Source: an uncultured Candidatus Rokubacteria bacterium (GTDB lineage Bacteria > Methylomirabilota > Methylomirabilia > Rokubacteriales > DASRDR01). From it: a DNA stretch of 64,000 bases. A program made the translations under genes and the position numbers. The first letter of the stretch is position 1; every line of letters begins with the position of its first letter. The stretch is from the NCBI GenBank assembly GCA_963805625.1, contig CAWDVE010000014.1, positions 148,299-212,298 on the forward strand, written 5' to 3'. The notes under the pieces are model-generated. The model was not told the origin of the DNA and searched no databases. It saw nothing but the letters and a program-made list of their open reading frames with translations. Below are positions 28,136 through 38,885 of this stretch, piece by piece.

Positions 28136-29319
28136 GACAGCGTCTGGACCTCGACGGACACCACGGACGGTAGATCTCGGACGATGGGCGCCCAGCGGTC
28201 CCCCGCGTCGGCCGAGACGTAGACCTGCCCGCCGGTGGTGCCGAAGTACACGCCGCACGGATCGAGCGCGTCGACGGCCATGGCGTCGCGCAGCACGTTG
28301 ACGTAGCAGTTGCGCTGCGGCAGGCCGTTCGTGAGCGCCTCCCACTCGCCGCCGCCCGTCCGGCTGCGGTACACGCGCAGCTTGCCGTCCGGCGGGTAGT
28401 GCAGGGAGTCGCTCGTGATCGGGACGACGTAGACGGTCTCCGGCTCGTGCGCGTGCACGTCGATCGGGAAGCCGAAGTCGGTCGGCAGGTTCCCGCTGAC
28501 CTCTCGCCACGACTCCCCGGCGTCGTCGCTGCGCATGACGTCCCAGTGCTTCTGCATGAACAGGACGTCCGGGCGCGATCGGCTCATCGCGATGCGGTGA
28601 ACGCAGTGGCCGACCTCGGCCGTGGGGTTCGGGATGTACAGCGAATGGAGGCCCCGATTGATCGGCCGCCAGGTCTTTCCCGCATCGTCGCTGCGGAATG
28701 TGCCCGCCGCCGAGATGGCGACGAAGATCCGTCCGGGATGGCGCGGATCCAGGAGGATCGTGTGGAGGCACATCCCCCCGGCGCCCGGCTGCCAGGAGGG
28801 CCCCGAGCCGTGGCCGCGCAGTCCGGCGAGCTCCTGCCACGTCGTGCCCCCGTCGGTCGAGCGGAACAGGGCGGCGTCCTCGATCCCGGCGTAGACGGTG
28901 TCCGGATCGGTGAGCGATGGCTCCAGATGCCAGACGCGCTTGAACTCCCACGGATGCGGGGTGCCGTCGTACCACTGGTGCGTGGTCAGGGGCTTGCCGG
29001 TCCCGGGAGACGTGTCGTACACGAACTTGTTGCTCTCGCCCTTGGGCATGCCCTCCGGGGTGGTGGTCGGCTCGCCGGGGGGCGTTCCAGGTTGGAACCA
29101 GGTCTTGCCTCCGTCGTCCGAGCGCTGAATGATCTGCCCGAACCAGCCACTGGACTGCGACGCGTACAGCCGGTTCGGGTCAGCGGGAGACCCCTTGAGG
29201 TGGTAGATCTCCCAGCCGGCAAAGTGTGGCCCACTGACCTCCCACCGGTCTCGCTTGGCGTCCGCCGTCAGGACGAACGCGCCCTTTCGGGTACCAACCA
29301 GGACTCGTACCTCGCTCAT
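28132..29319 (-). CDS. BNR/Asp-box beta-propeller protein (sialidase-like)
   Basis: Repeated [35 protein letters not shown]. Confidence 0.9.
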   Translation of the reverse strand: MSEVRVLVGTRKGAFVLTADAKRDRWEVSGPHFAGWEIYHLKGSPADPNRLYASQSSGWFGQIIQRSDDGGKTWFQPGTPPGEPTTTPEGMPKGESNKFVYDTSPGTGKPLTTHQWYDGTPHPWEFKRVWHLEPSLTDPDTVYAGIEDAALFRSTDGGTTWQELAGLRGHGSGPSWQPGAGGMCLHTILLDPRHPGRIFVAISAAGTFRSDDAGKTWRPINRGLHSLYIPNPTAEVGHCVHRIAMSRSRPDVLFMQKHWDVMRSDDAGESWREVSGNLPTDFGFPIDVHAHEPETVYVVPITSDSLHYPPDGKLRVYRSRTGGGEWEALTNGLPQRNCYVNVLRDAMAVDALDPCGVYFGTTGGQVYVSADAGDRWAPIVRDLPSVVSVEVQTLS

Positions 29320-29420
29320 TCCTTGCTCCTTCCCGAGCTTTGCAGAGATTCACGGCCGGCCAGAGTCACGCCCATCCGATGCCACACGCAGGGCACCCGG
29401 GCGCCTTCTCTCACTGTATA

Positions 29421-29447
29421 GTCGAACGACCCGGCTGGAGATCGACA
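29421..29447 (-). promoter_or_regulatory. ECF42-type promoter of the beta-propeller operon
   Basis: Minus strand TGTCGA-N17-CGAC. Confidence 0.75.
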
Positions 29448-29688
29448 CTCCGGGGGCGTGGGCCCCGGACAGCTGGGGGGGCCGCGGCCTCTACCCCTCC
29501 CTCGCGGGCGGCCAGGGCAGGGCATCCCCTGCGACGAGGTCCAGGAGCGCAACCTTGCCGCGTCCAGCGGCGGCGCGGGACGGGGGCTAGCCGAAAGCCA
29601 TTCCGGGCACAACCGCAAAGACCCTGCAGCCCGGTGTGTTCCGTCGTCATGGGGCATCCAGGTGCCGCCTTCGCTCTCGGCTGGCACC

Positions 29689-29715
29689 TGTCGATTCTGC
29701 GCCCGCCCGAGCGAC
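29689..29715 (+). promoter_or_regulatory. ECF42-type promoter of the DUF1428 gene
   Basis: TGTCGA-N17-CGAC. Confidence 0.7.
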
Positions 29716-29935
29716 TATCTGGCGTGCACGGGGAAACAATCACGCATCGGAAACGATCACGCATCGGTGCCTGGTCCCCTTGAAGGAGACGGGGCCGGCC
29801 GCCCTGCCCTCGCGGGTCGGCCGGGCGACCATGGCCTCGGGCTTCGCTCCGCGAGTGAGCCCGCGGCGGAGTGGGCGCGCCAGCAGGTAAGAACCGTCGC
29901 CCGCTCCGAGGACCTCACCCTACCAGGGAGGAATC

Positions 29936-30295
29936 ATGCGTTACGTTGACGGCTACGTGTTGCCCGTACCGAGGAAGAATCTGGAAGCGTACGTCCGCAT
30001 CGCCCGAAAGGCCGGCAAGATCTGGCGGGAGCACGGCGCGCTCGAGTACCGCGAGTGTGTCGGCGATGACCTCAAGGTGAAGTGGGGGGTGGGGTTCCCG
30101 CGAATGGCCAGGGCCAAGCTCGGCGAGACGGTGGTGTTCTCGTGGGTCGTGTTCAAGTCGCGCACCCATCGCGATCGGGTCAACGCAAAGGTGATGAAGG
30201 ACCCGCGGCTCACGAGCATGGTGGATGACACGTCGATGCCCTTCGACATCAAGCGCATGGGTTACGGCGGATTCAAGATCCTGGTCGACGCCTGA
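29936..30295 (+). CDS. DUF1428 family protein
   Basis: YVDGYVLPVP, GALEYRECVGDD, MPFDIKRMGYGGF. Confidence 0.92.
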   Translation: MRYVDGYVLPVPRKNLEAYVRIARKAGKIWREHGALEYRECVGDDLKVKWGVGFPRMARAKLGETVVFSWVVFKSRTHRDRVNAKVMKDPRLTSMVDDTSMPFDIKRMGYGGFKILVDA

Positions 30296-30449
30296 GCGTG
30301 CGATAGGCGTCCTCACGGCCACTTGACGAGGCCTGCGGCGCGCCCCCGGTGGCCGGGACCCGGGAGTGGACTCCTGCCGCAGGTGAGAGGCCGGGGCGAA
30401 GGGGGAGTGCCCGCGACGCGAGCGCGCGAGCTTCCCCCTCGCCCGGTGG

Positions 30450-30845
30450 TCAGGCCGCCTTCTCGTCCGTCTGCCAGATTCCGAAGGCGTTCCCCTCGGT
30501 GTCCTTCAGCCACACGAACCAGCCCATCCCCTTCACCGGGGTCTTGGGCATGATCTCCTGGGCGCCGAGCCGTTTTGCCTTCTTGGCGTACTCATCGACG
30601 CTCTCGACGCCGATGTAGTTCACCGGCGGGTGCCCGGCGTGCTGGCGGCGCATGAGCCCGCCGTTCACGCCGGGGCGGGTGGGCATGCCCTTCCCGTCCA
30701 TCGGGACGGTCGAAACCATCCAGTACTCGGGACCGCTTTCCGAAGCCCACTTCTGGATCTCCCAGCCGAAGAGCTCGCGGTAGAACTTCGTCGCCCGCTC
30801 CGGGTCGTCTGCCGGAATCTCGAAGTGCACGATTGTGTGATCCAT
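30450..30845 (-). CDS. VOC/glyoxalase family protein
   Basis: IVHFEIPADDPERA, VNGGLM, DTEGNAFGIWQ. Confidence 0.92.
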   Translation of the reverse strand: MDHTIVHFEIPADDPERATKFYRELFGWEIQKWASESGPEYWMVSTVPMDGKGMPTRPGVNGGLMRRQHAGHPPVNYIGVESVDEYAKKAKRLGAQEIMPKTPVKGMGWFVWLKDTEGNAFGIWQTDEKAA

Positions 30846-30963
30846 TTTTCCGCTCTCCCCTCCTGAGGTTCGCCCGATCCCGGGAGTCGGCCGCGCTCAT
30901 TGGGCACAGGGTGACCAACCACCGCGGCACGTCCTCGCTGCGGGAGCCTTCCTTCACTCTATG

Positions 30964-30990
30964 GTCGATTGGACCGACGTGAAATCGACA
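30964..30990 (-). promoter_or_regulatory. ECF42-type promoter of the VOC gene
   Basis: Minus strand TGTCGA-N17-CGAC. Confidence 0.75.
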
Positions 30991-31240
30991 GCCTCGGCGA
31001 ATGCGAGGACGGCGCATGGCGGAGGGTCGGCGTTCCCAGGAGGGGGCGAAACCGTCGACACGGTCGAAGCGCCGACGTCGTCCTCTCCGGTGACCTGCCA
31101 CCCCGGCGTCGGGTATCCTTGGTCGGAGTGGGGACTCTCTCGCGGGGCGCGGTCAATCCAGAACCGCGCGTGGACCACCGTTTCCCTCTCGAACCCCGCC
31201 GGGGGTCGTCCTGGAAGGCCGGCGCGCTCGGCCGACCCGG

Positions 31241-31268
31241 TGTCGATTTGAGGCTCCCCCCGAACGAC
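31241..31268 (+). promoter_or_regulatory. ECF42-type promoter of the DGPF-sigma operon (autoregulatory)
   Basis: TGTCGA-N18-CGAC; the spacer has a C homopolymer that may carry a +1 error. Confidence 0.7.
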
Positions 31269-31319
31269 AATCCGGTGTCCATGGCCGCTGACCCCTGACC
31301 CTGAACCAGGAGGGAGATC

Positions 31320-31670
31320 ATGAGGTACCTGTGCCTGATCTACGCCGAGGAGAAGAGGGTGGGTGCCATGACCAAGGCCGAGTCGGATGCCTTCACAGGC
31401 GAGTACTTCGCCTTCACTGAGGCGATCCGGAAGAGTGGCCACCTCCTCGGGGGGGAGGCCCTGGAACCCGTTCACGCTGCCACGACCCTGCGCATGCGGA
31501 ACGGCAAGATGTCCACTACCGACGGCCCCTTCGCGGAGACGAAGGAGCAGCTGGGCGGGTTCTACCTCATCAAGGCCCGGGACCTGAACGAGGCTATCCA
31601 GGTGGCCTCGAGGATCCCGTCGGCGCGCCTGGGGAGCATCGAGATACGGCCGATCCGGGAGTTCGAGTAG
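31320..31670 (+). CDS. YciI/DGPF-family protein
   Basis: MRYLCLIY, TDGPFAETKEQLGGFY, GSIEIRP. Confidence 0.92.
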   Translation: MRYLCLIYAEEKRVGAMTKAESDAFTGEYFAFTEAIRKSGHLLGGEALEPVHAATTLRMRNGKMSTTDGPFAETKEQLGGFYLIKARDLNEAIQVASRIPSARLGSIEIRPIREFE

Positions 31671-31685
31671 TCGTGGCCGGGAGCC

Positions 31686-32945
31686 TTGCTGGTGAGTGAG
31701 GACGCGGCCGAACGGATACGGGACAGGGTGGAGGCAATCTATCGTTCCGAGTCGCGCCGCGTGCTGGCCACCCTCATCCGCCTCCTCGGCGACTTCGACC
31801 TGGCCGAGGAGGCGCTCCACGAGGCCTTCGCAGCCGCGGTCGAGCAATGGCCGCGGGACGGCACACCGACCAATCCTCGTGCGTGGCTCGTCTCGGCCGG
31901 CCGCTTCAAGGCCATCGACAGCCTGCGCCGGCGCGCCCGGTTCGACGCGTCGCTGGGGGATCTCGCCGAGCAGCTCGACGCCGACGCGCACGAGGCCGCG
32001 GAGCGGGAGGCCGAAGACGTCGAAGACGACCGCCTGCGGCTGATCTTCACCTGCTGCCATCCCGCCTTGCCGCCGGCCGCCCAGGTGGCGCTGACGCTGC
32101 GCGAGGTGTGCGGCCTCACGACCGAGGAGATCGCGCACGCCTTCCTCAGCGCGCCGACGGCGGTGGCCCAGCGAATCGTGCGCGCCAAGGCGAAGATCCG
32201 GGACGCGCGGATCCCCTATCAGGTGCCGGCCCGAGCCGACCTGCCGGACCGGCTCGACACGGTGCTCCACGTGATCTACTTGGTGTTCAACGAGGGATAC
32301 TTCGCGTCCTCCGGCGCCTCGCTGACGCGGCACGATCTCTCGGGCGAGGCCATCCGGCTGGGGCGGCTCCTAATCGAGCTGCTGCCGGAGCCTGAGGCGG
32401 CGGGGCTCCTTGCGCTGATGTTGCTCCACGAATCGCGGCGCCCCGCGCGGACCTCGCCAGACGGCGAGCTGGTCCTGCTGGACGCGCAGGACCGCTCGCT
32501 CTGGAATCAGGCGCAGATCGCGGAGGGCTCAGCGCTGGTGGGACGCGCGCTCTCCTCGCGTCGCATCGGGCCCTACACGCTCCAGGCGGCGATCGCGGCG
32601 GTGCACGCCCAGGCGCCCACCGCCGCCGCGACGGATTGGTCCCAGATCGTCGGCCTGTACGACGTGCTGATGCGGGCCGATCCGTCGCCGGTCATCGAGC
32701 TGAACCGTGCGGCGGCGGTGTCGATGCGCGACGGCCCTCTGGCGGGCCTGGTTCTCATCGACGCGATCCTCGCGCGAGGCGACCTGACGGACTACCATCT
32801 GGTCCACTCGGCGCGGGCGGACCTGTGCCGGCGGCTGGGACGAACGACGGAAGCCCGCGCCGCCTACGCACGCGCCCTCGAGCTGACACGGCAGGAGCCG
32901 GAGCGGCGCTTTCTCGAACGACGCCTGCGCGAGCTCAGGGGCTGA
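31686..32945 (+). CDS. ECF sigma factor with C-terminal TPR extension (ECF42-type)
   Basis: LAEEALHEAF, DDRLRLIFTCCHPAL, VIYLVFNEGY, GPYTLQAAIAAVH; adjacent to a DGPF gene. Confidence 0.92.
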   Translation: MLVSEDAAERIRDRVEAIYRSESRRVLATLIRLLGDFDLAEEALHEAFAAAVEQWPRDGTPTNPRAWLVSAGRFKAIDSLRRRARFDASLGDLAEQLDADAHEAAEREAEDVEDDRLRLIFTCCHPALPPAAQVALTLREVCGLTTEEIAHAFLSAPTAVAQRIVRAKAKIRDARIPYQVPARADLPDRLDTVLHVIYLVFNEGYFASSGASLTRHDLSGEAIRLGRLLIELLPEPEAAGLLALMLLHESRRPARTSPDGELVLLDAQDRSLWNQAQIAEGSALVGRALSSRRIGPYTLQAAIAAVHAQAPTAAATDWSQIVGLYDVLMRADPSPVIELNRAAAVSMRDGPLAGLVLIDAILARGDLTDYHLVHSARADLCRRLGRTTEARAAYARALELTRQEPERRFLERRLRELRG

Positions 32946-33193
32946 GCGACTGCCTTGCGTGTCAAGCGGGTCGCCATGGGCGAAGGTCGCATGCCCGCGG
33001 AGCAGCTGCGCCGGGCGCGGTCGCCGGGCCGCCGGGATCGGGCACCACTCCTGGCCTCCGGGATCTCCGCCTCGGAAGATCCCTCTCACCGGAGCCTGGC
33101 GCCCGCCGAGACGGTCCGGCGAGCCCGTCCCCGATGACGCCCACGCGATCGTAACAAGCAGCCGCGCGGCGAGCGTGTCCGGACGATCCGCGA

Positions 33194-36100
33194 TCAGACG
33201 CTCGGCCCTTCATCGCCCGCCTCGCTCCCGCCGGCGACGGGCGAAGCCGCGGGCAGCATTCGCCGGGTGCTGCCCGGGTCGACACCGGCCGCGCGATGCG
33301 CTCCCGATCGGAAGAAGGTCGTGCGGTCCAGCACCCGCGTCTGGAACCCCTCGAGGTAGAGGTAGATCACCGGCGTCACGTAGAGCGTGATCAGCTGAGA
33401 GACCAGCAGGCCGCCCACGATCACCAGGCCAAGCGCCCGCCGCGACGCGCCGTCCGCGCCGACGCCCACCGCGATCGGGACCGCCCCGGCCACCGCCGCC
33501 AGCGTCGTCATGACGATCGGCCGGAACCGGTCGATGCTCGCGTCGTGGATGGCACTGGTCGGCTGCCTCCCCAGCCTCGACGCGGTGCCGCGCGAAGTCC
33601 ACGATCATGATGCCGTTCTTCTTCACGATGCCCATGAGCATGAACATGCCGACGAACGCGTACAGGGTCGCCGGCTCGCCGAAGGCGTAGAGCGTGGCGA
33701 GCCCGCCCACCAGCGCGGTGGGCAGGGTCGACAGGACGGTCAGGGGGTGGACGTAGCTCTCGTACAGGATCGCCAGGATCACGTACATCACGAACACGGC
33801 GAGCGCCATCAGGAACGTCAGGTCCCGGACGGTGTTCCGGAAGGTGAGGGCCTCGCCCTGGAGCTCTGCGCGGAGCGTGGGCGGCACGATGGCGGCGGCC
33901 GTCTTCGTGATGTGGTCGGTGGCATCCCCGATCGCCACACCGGGCTTGAGGTTGAAGAAGAACGTCACGCTCGTGAACTGGTTGATGTGGTTCACGGCCT
34001 GCGGCCCGAGGGATGTCTTCCAGGTGACGAGCGCCTTCAGCGGCACGAGATTCTTCCCGTCGTCGGACCGGATGTAGAGCCGTGACAGGTCCTCCGGGTG
34101 GGCGCGTGCCGAGTCCTCGATCTCGAGGATGACCTGGTACTGGTCCTGCGGCTTCTTGATCAGGTAGACGTAGTTCTGGGAGTAGGCGTGCGCAGCAGCG
34201 ACAGGATGCGAGTCTCGGAGACCCCGTACATCCTGGCCTGCTCGCGCCGGAGCTCGATGTCGAGGTTCGGCGTGTTGTTGAAGAGGTCGGAGGACACCGT
34301 CGCGAACCCCGGGTACTCGAAGAGCTTCGCCATGAGCTTGCCCGCCGCCTCGTACACCTGCTCGGGGTTGACCCCGGAGACGGAGAACGCGTACTGCCCC
34401 TGGTTCTGGTTCGTCGCCCCGGTGCTGATCTCGAGCACGGGATACGGCCGCAGAAACGCGAACATGCCGGGGACCGCGCTCATCTTCCCCATGAGCTGGC
34501 CGGCGACGGCGGCGATGGGCGCGCGCTCCTCGGGGGGCCGCAGGAAGGTAAACGTGATGCCCTGGTTCGAGGACAGGAACGCGCCGTTTCCGGTCATGGT
34601 GAACGCAGTGACAACATTGTCGTCCGAGTGGAGCACCTGGTCGGCGCGGTCCTGGAAGCGCTGCATCTGGTCTGGCGACGAGCCCTCGCGGGCGATGAAG
34701 ACGCCGAAGATCACGCTGCTGTCGCCGACGGGCAGGAACGCCTTGGGCACGATCGTGAACAACCCGATCGTGCCCACGAGGCAGACCACCCAGATGACGG
34801 CGGCAACGGCGCGCCGCCGCAGGAACCAGCTGAGCGACCGGCCGTAGAACGACAGGACCCTCCGCTCAACGCCGCCCATCACCCGCTCCATCCACGTCTG
34901 GCGCGCGCCGTGCCCTCGCTCCGACAGGAGCCGGGCGCACATGAGCGGCGTGAGCGTCAGCGAGACCAGACCCGAGGCCAGGATGGCCACCACGATGGTG
35001 ACGGCGAACTCGCGGAAGATGCGGCCGACCAGCCCCGGCATGAACACCAGCGGCAGGAAGACCGCCGCCAGCGAGATGGTCATCGAGAGGATGGTGAAGC
35101 TGATCTCCCGGGCGCTGTTGAGCGTGGCCTCGAGCGCCCGCTCGCCGTGCTCCATCCGCCGCACCGTGTTCTCCAGGAACACGATGGCGTCGTCCACGAG
35201 GAATCCGATCGCCAGCGTCAGGGCCATGAGCGACAGGTTGTCGAGGCTGTAGCCGAGCATCCGCATCGCGACGAACGTGAGCAGCAGCGACAGCGGCAGC
35301 GCGACCGCCGGGATCAGCGTGTCGGTCGCGCGGCCCAGGAAGACGAAGATCACGATGACGACCAGCACGAAGGCGATGATCAGCGTCAGCTGCACGTCGT
35401 GCACCGAGTTCACGATCGTCTGCGAGCGGTCGTAGATCGGCGTGATCCGCACCGCGCCCGGAAGCTCGGCCATGATCACCGGAACGAGATCGCGGATGCT
35501 CTGGGCCACCTTCACCGCGTTGGCGCCCGCCTGGCGATAGACGGCGACGACAACGGTGGCGGAGGGAATCGCGTAGCCGCGGGCCCAGAACCGCATGGTG
35601 ACACGCTCGTCCTGGACGGACTCCCGAACGTCGGCGACGTCGCGCAGGTACACCGGCGCACCGTCGCTCGAGCTCACGATCAGGCTCTTGTACGCGTCGA
35701 CGCTGTCGAGCTGCCCGTGGGGCCGGAGCAGCGCGGTGCCCGTCGGCGAATCGAGCTGGCCGGCGCCGGAATAGCTGGTGCCCCCGCGGATGGCCGCCGC
35801 CAGATCGTCGATCGAGATGCCGCGCGCCCACATCGCCGCCGGGTCCGCCTTGATGCGGATGGCCGTCTTGGCGCCGAAGACGGCCACGCGGCTCACGCCC
35901 GGCAGGATGCTGATGCGCTGACCGACCTGGGTGTTCGCGTAGTCGTAGAGCTGCCCGGCCGTGATCGAGTCGCTCGTCAGCGCGATGTACATGATCGGCT
36001 GGTCGTTCGGGTTCGTCTTGGAGAAGGTCGGCGGCGACGGCAGGTCGATCGGGAGGCTGCCGGTGGCCTGGGTGATGGCCGTCTGCACGTCGGTGGCCGC

Positions 36101-36409
36101 GGCGTCGATGCTCTTGTCGAGGGCGAACTGGAGCGTCAGGCTGACGTGCCCCTGGGTGCTCTTCGACGTGACGAGCTCGAGCCCGGTGATCTGCATGAAC
36201 TGGCGCTCGAGCGGCGTCGCGATGTTGTTGGCCATCGTGTCCGGGCTCGCCCCCGGATAGTCGGCCTGCACCTGGATCACCGGATAGTCGACCGCGGGCA
36301 GGTCGTTGACCGGGAGCTGGCGGTAGCTCAGGATGCCGAACAGCACCACCGAGGCGGTGAGAACCGCCGTCATGACCGGGCGGCGGATGAACGGCTCGGA
36401 CAGGTTCAT
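33194..36409 (-). pseudogene. RND efflux permease (MdtB/MdtC-like), frameshifted near 34190 and 33555 (probably assembly indels)
   Basis: MNLSEPFIRRPV, GFLVDDAIVFLEN, GIVKKNGIMIVDFA, RFRPIVMTT spread over three frames. Confidence 0.88.
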
Positions 36410-37821
36410 GACTTGGGAGCGGCGGGAGGCGCGGCCGGGCCCGGCGGCGCGACGGGCTGCTCGATGCGGACCTTCCCGCCGGGCGTGACACCCATCTGGC
36501 CAGCGGTGACGACCCGCTCCCCGGGCTTCACGCCGCCTGCCACGATGACGAGATCCCCTTGCCGCTGCCCGAGGGTCACCGGCCGGATGTCGGCGGTCCC
36601 GTCGTCCTTGACGACGTAGACGAACAGACCCTTCGCCGAGGCCTGCGGTGCCGTGGCGGGGATGAGCACGGCCCCCGCGACCCGGCCGAGGATGAGGCGG
36701 ACGTTGACGAAGCGCCCGGGCCACAGGCGCCGCTCGCGATTCGGCACGGTCGCCCGGAGCTTCACCGTCCCGGTCCCTTCCTGCACCGCGTTGTCGAGGA
36801 AGGTCAGCGTGCCGGGGATGACCTTGTCCGCCTGGTCGGGCAGCCGGACCTCCACCTGGAGCTGGCCCCCCTGCATGTGCCGCTGCACCTCGCCGAGGTC
36901 GTTCTCGGTCACCGTGAACTCCGCGTAGATCGGGTCGAGGCGCTGGATGCTGAGCAGCGAGCCCACGTTGGCGGTCACGATGTTGCCGAGGTCGACGAGG
37001 CGCTGGCCCGCGCGCCCGTCGATGGGCGCCCGGATCTCCGTGTACGCGAGCTGCAACCGCGCGCTCTCGACCGCCGCCTCGTTGGCGCGGACGGTCGCTC
37101 GCGCGTTCTCCACGGCGGCCTGGCCCGCTACCACCGCGGCCCGCGCCTGCGCGAGACTGGCCTCGGCCGCAGCGATGGCGGCCTTGCCGTTCTCGACCAT
37201 CGCCTGGTCGGCGCGGAGGGTGGCCGCCGCGGTCTCCATCGCGGTCCGGACCTGATCGCTCTGCTCGCGGGCGACGTACCCCTGCCGGACCAGCTCCGAG
37301 TAGCGCTGATCCTGCACCCGAGCGTTCTCGAGCTGCGCCTGGTCGCGCACGACGTTGGCCTCGGCCTGGGCGAGCTGCGCCCGGACCTGGGTGAGCGCCG
37401 CCTGCGCCTGCTGGACCGCCGCTTGATCGCGCGCCAGATTGGCCTCGGCCTGGCGCGCCTGAGCCTGATCGCGCGCCACGTTGGCCTCGGCCTGCTGGAC
37501 GGTCGCCTGGACGGGGCGCGGATCGATGGAGAACAGGAGGTCGCCCTGCTTGAGATCGGCACCGTCCGCGAAATGGATCTTGACGATGCGTCCCGAGATC
37601 TGCGGCTGGACGGAGACGACCTCGTTGGCCACGGACTTGCCGATGGCGTCGAGATAGAGAGGCGTGTCGCGCGCGATCGCGGTCGCCACGGCGACCGGTG
37701 CGGGCGGGCGCTCGAAGGCCGGCTGCGCCTGCTGCTGGCAGGCGGCCAGGGCCAGGGCAAGGAGACCGACTCGGGCCAGCAACCGGGCCGAGAGGACAAT
37801 CGACGGCACAAAATTCATCAC
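36406..37821 (-). CDS. RND efflux periplasmic adaptor (MdtA-like) lipoprotein
   Basis: Lipobox LAAC, GDLLFSIDPRP, long coiled coil, IRAPIDGRAG, GTGTVKLRA. Confidence 0.93.
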   Translation of the reverse strand: MMNFVPSIVLSARLLARVGLLALALAACQQQAQPAFERPPAPVAVATAIARDTPLYLDAIGKSVANEVVSVQPQISGRIVKIHFADGADLKQGDLLFSIDPRPVQATVQQAEANVARDQAQARQAEANLARDQAAVQQAQAALTQVRAQLAQAEANVVRDQAQLENARVQDQRYSELVRQGYVAREQSDQVRTAMETAAATLRADQAMVENGKAAIAAAEASLAQARAAVVAGQAAVENARATVRANEAAVESARLQLAYTEIRAPIDGRAGQRLVDLGNIVTANVGSLLSIQRLDPIYAEFTVTENDLGEVQRHMQGGQLQVEVRLPDQADKVIPGTLTFLDNAVQEGTGTVKLRATVPNRERRLWPGRFVNVRLILGRVAGAVLIPATAPQASAKGLFVYVVKDDGTADIRPVTLGQRQGDLVIVAGGVKPGERVVTAGQMGVTPGGKVRIEQPVAPPGPAAPPAAPKS

Positions 37822-37846
37822 GGTTCCTGTGGTCGCTCCGGCCGCA

Positions 37847-38530
37847 TCACGACGTGAGATGCGACAGAGCCTCGGGGTGGTAGTGGCGCCGGATCGCCGC
37901 CTCCTCCAAGCCCATCCCGCGGAGGAGGAACCATACAGCTTGGATGACCAGCGTCGACCGAGAGATTCCGTAGTCGACGGCCGGAATCTTGGGATGGAGG
38001 TGGAGCATCAGCGCGAACGCCAGATGGTGGACGAACCAGGCGCGCAGGTCGCGCCGGACGGGTATCGCCTTCAGGTCGCCGGCCTTGACGGCCGCCGTGA
38101 TGCACGCCTCCACCTTCCGGATCCAGCTGGCTCCGAACTGCTTGGCGCCGAGCCGCACGAACTCGGCGTCCTCCAGCAGGCTGCGGAGGGCGAGGCGGTG
38201 CATGGTCGTCTTGTGCAGATCCTCGCGGAGAACGAAGTGCGATGTCAGGAAGTGCACCAGCACGACCAGCGTCGACGTCGAGGGCGGGAGCGCGAGGACG
38301 CGGGTGAACTCAGCGGCCATGGGCCCGTCGGCACATGCCTCGAGCATGGCGACGTAGAGCGACTCCTTGCTGGGGAAGTGTTTGTAGAGGAGCGCCTCGG
38401 AGACCCCCGCCGCGCGGGCTAGCTCCCGCGTGGTGGTGCCGTCGAAGCCCTTGTCGGCGAACGCCCCCTGGACGGCGGTGACGATCGCCTGGCGCCGTTC
38501 CCGGGATGGGAGCCGGATCCGCTTCCTCAT
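37847..38530 (-). CDS. TetR/AcrR family regulator
   Basis: FADKGFDGTTTRELARAAGVSEALLYKHFPSKESL. Confidence 0.93.
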   Translation of the reverse strand: MRKRIRLPSRERRQAIVTAVQGAFADKGFDGTTTRELARAAGVSEALLYKHFPSKESLYVAMLEACADGPMAAEFTRVLALPPSTSTLVVLVHFLTSHFVLREDLHKTTMHRLALRSLLEDAEFVRLGAKQFGASWIRKVEACITAAVKAGDLKAIPVRRDLRAWFVHHLAFALMLHLHPKIPAVDYGISRSTLVIQAVWFLLRGMGLEEAAIRRHYHPEALSHLTS

Positions 38531-38539
38531 GCATTCAAG

Positions 38540-38555
38540 GTGAGCATGCACTCAC
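38540..38555. promoter_or_regulatory. Probable TetR operator
   Basis: GTGAG-N6-CTCAC inverted repeat immediately upstream of the tetR start. Confidence 0.55.
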
Positions 38556-38885
38556 TCTCTTGTCCAGCCGGAAGCGTCGCGCCGCCTCCCTCGTCGCGAC
38601 TCTCCCCGCGGTAAGGCGTGAATATCATTGACGGGAGAAGCCGGATCGCCCGTCGACTGGTCCGGATGGCCCCGGACCCCGGGCGAGAGGTCATCCGGCC
38701 GCGGCGCCCGCGGCGAGCCGGCGGATCGCAATGATCCGCGAAGCCGTCCTCTCGCTCCCCGTGCCTCTGGCGCGGCCCCGCGCGCTGGGGTATGGTCGAC
38801 CGGTGGTCGGCCGGCGCGCCGCGAAGTACGTGCCCGCTGAGCCGCGAGAGAAGGCCCGAACGCACACCACTGTGGAGGGAACGGC

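Noticed and set aside
37330-37500. Tandem DNA repeats (GAGGCCAA..TGG.GCGCGA) as a repeat array or CRISPR
   Set aside because: They are coding coiled-coil repeats (QAEANxARDQA) of the efflux adaptor; I saw no spacers or cas genes in the window
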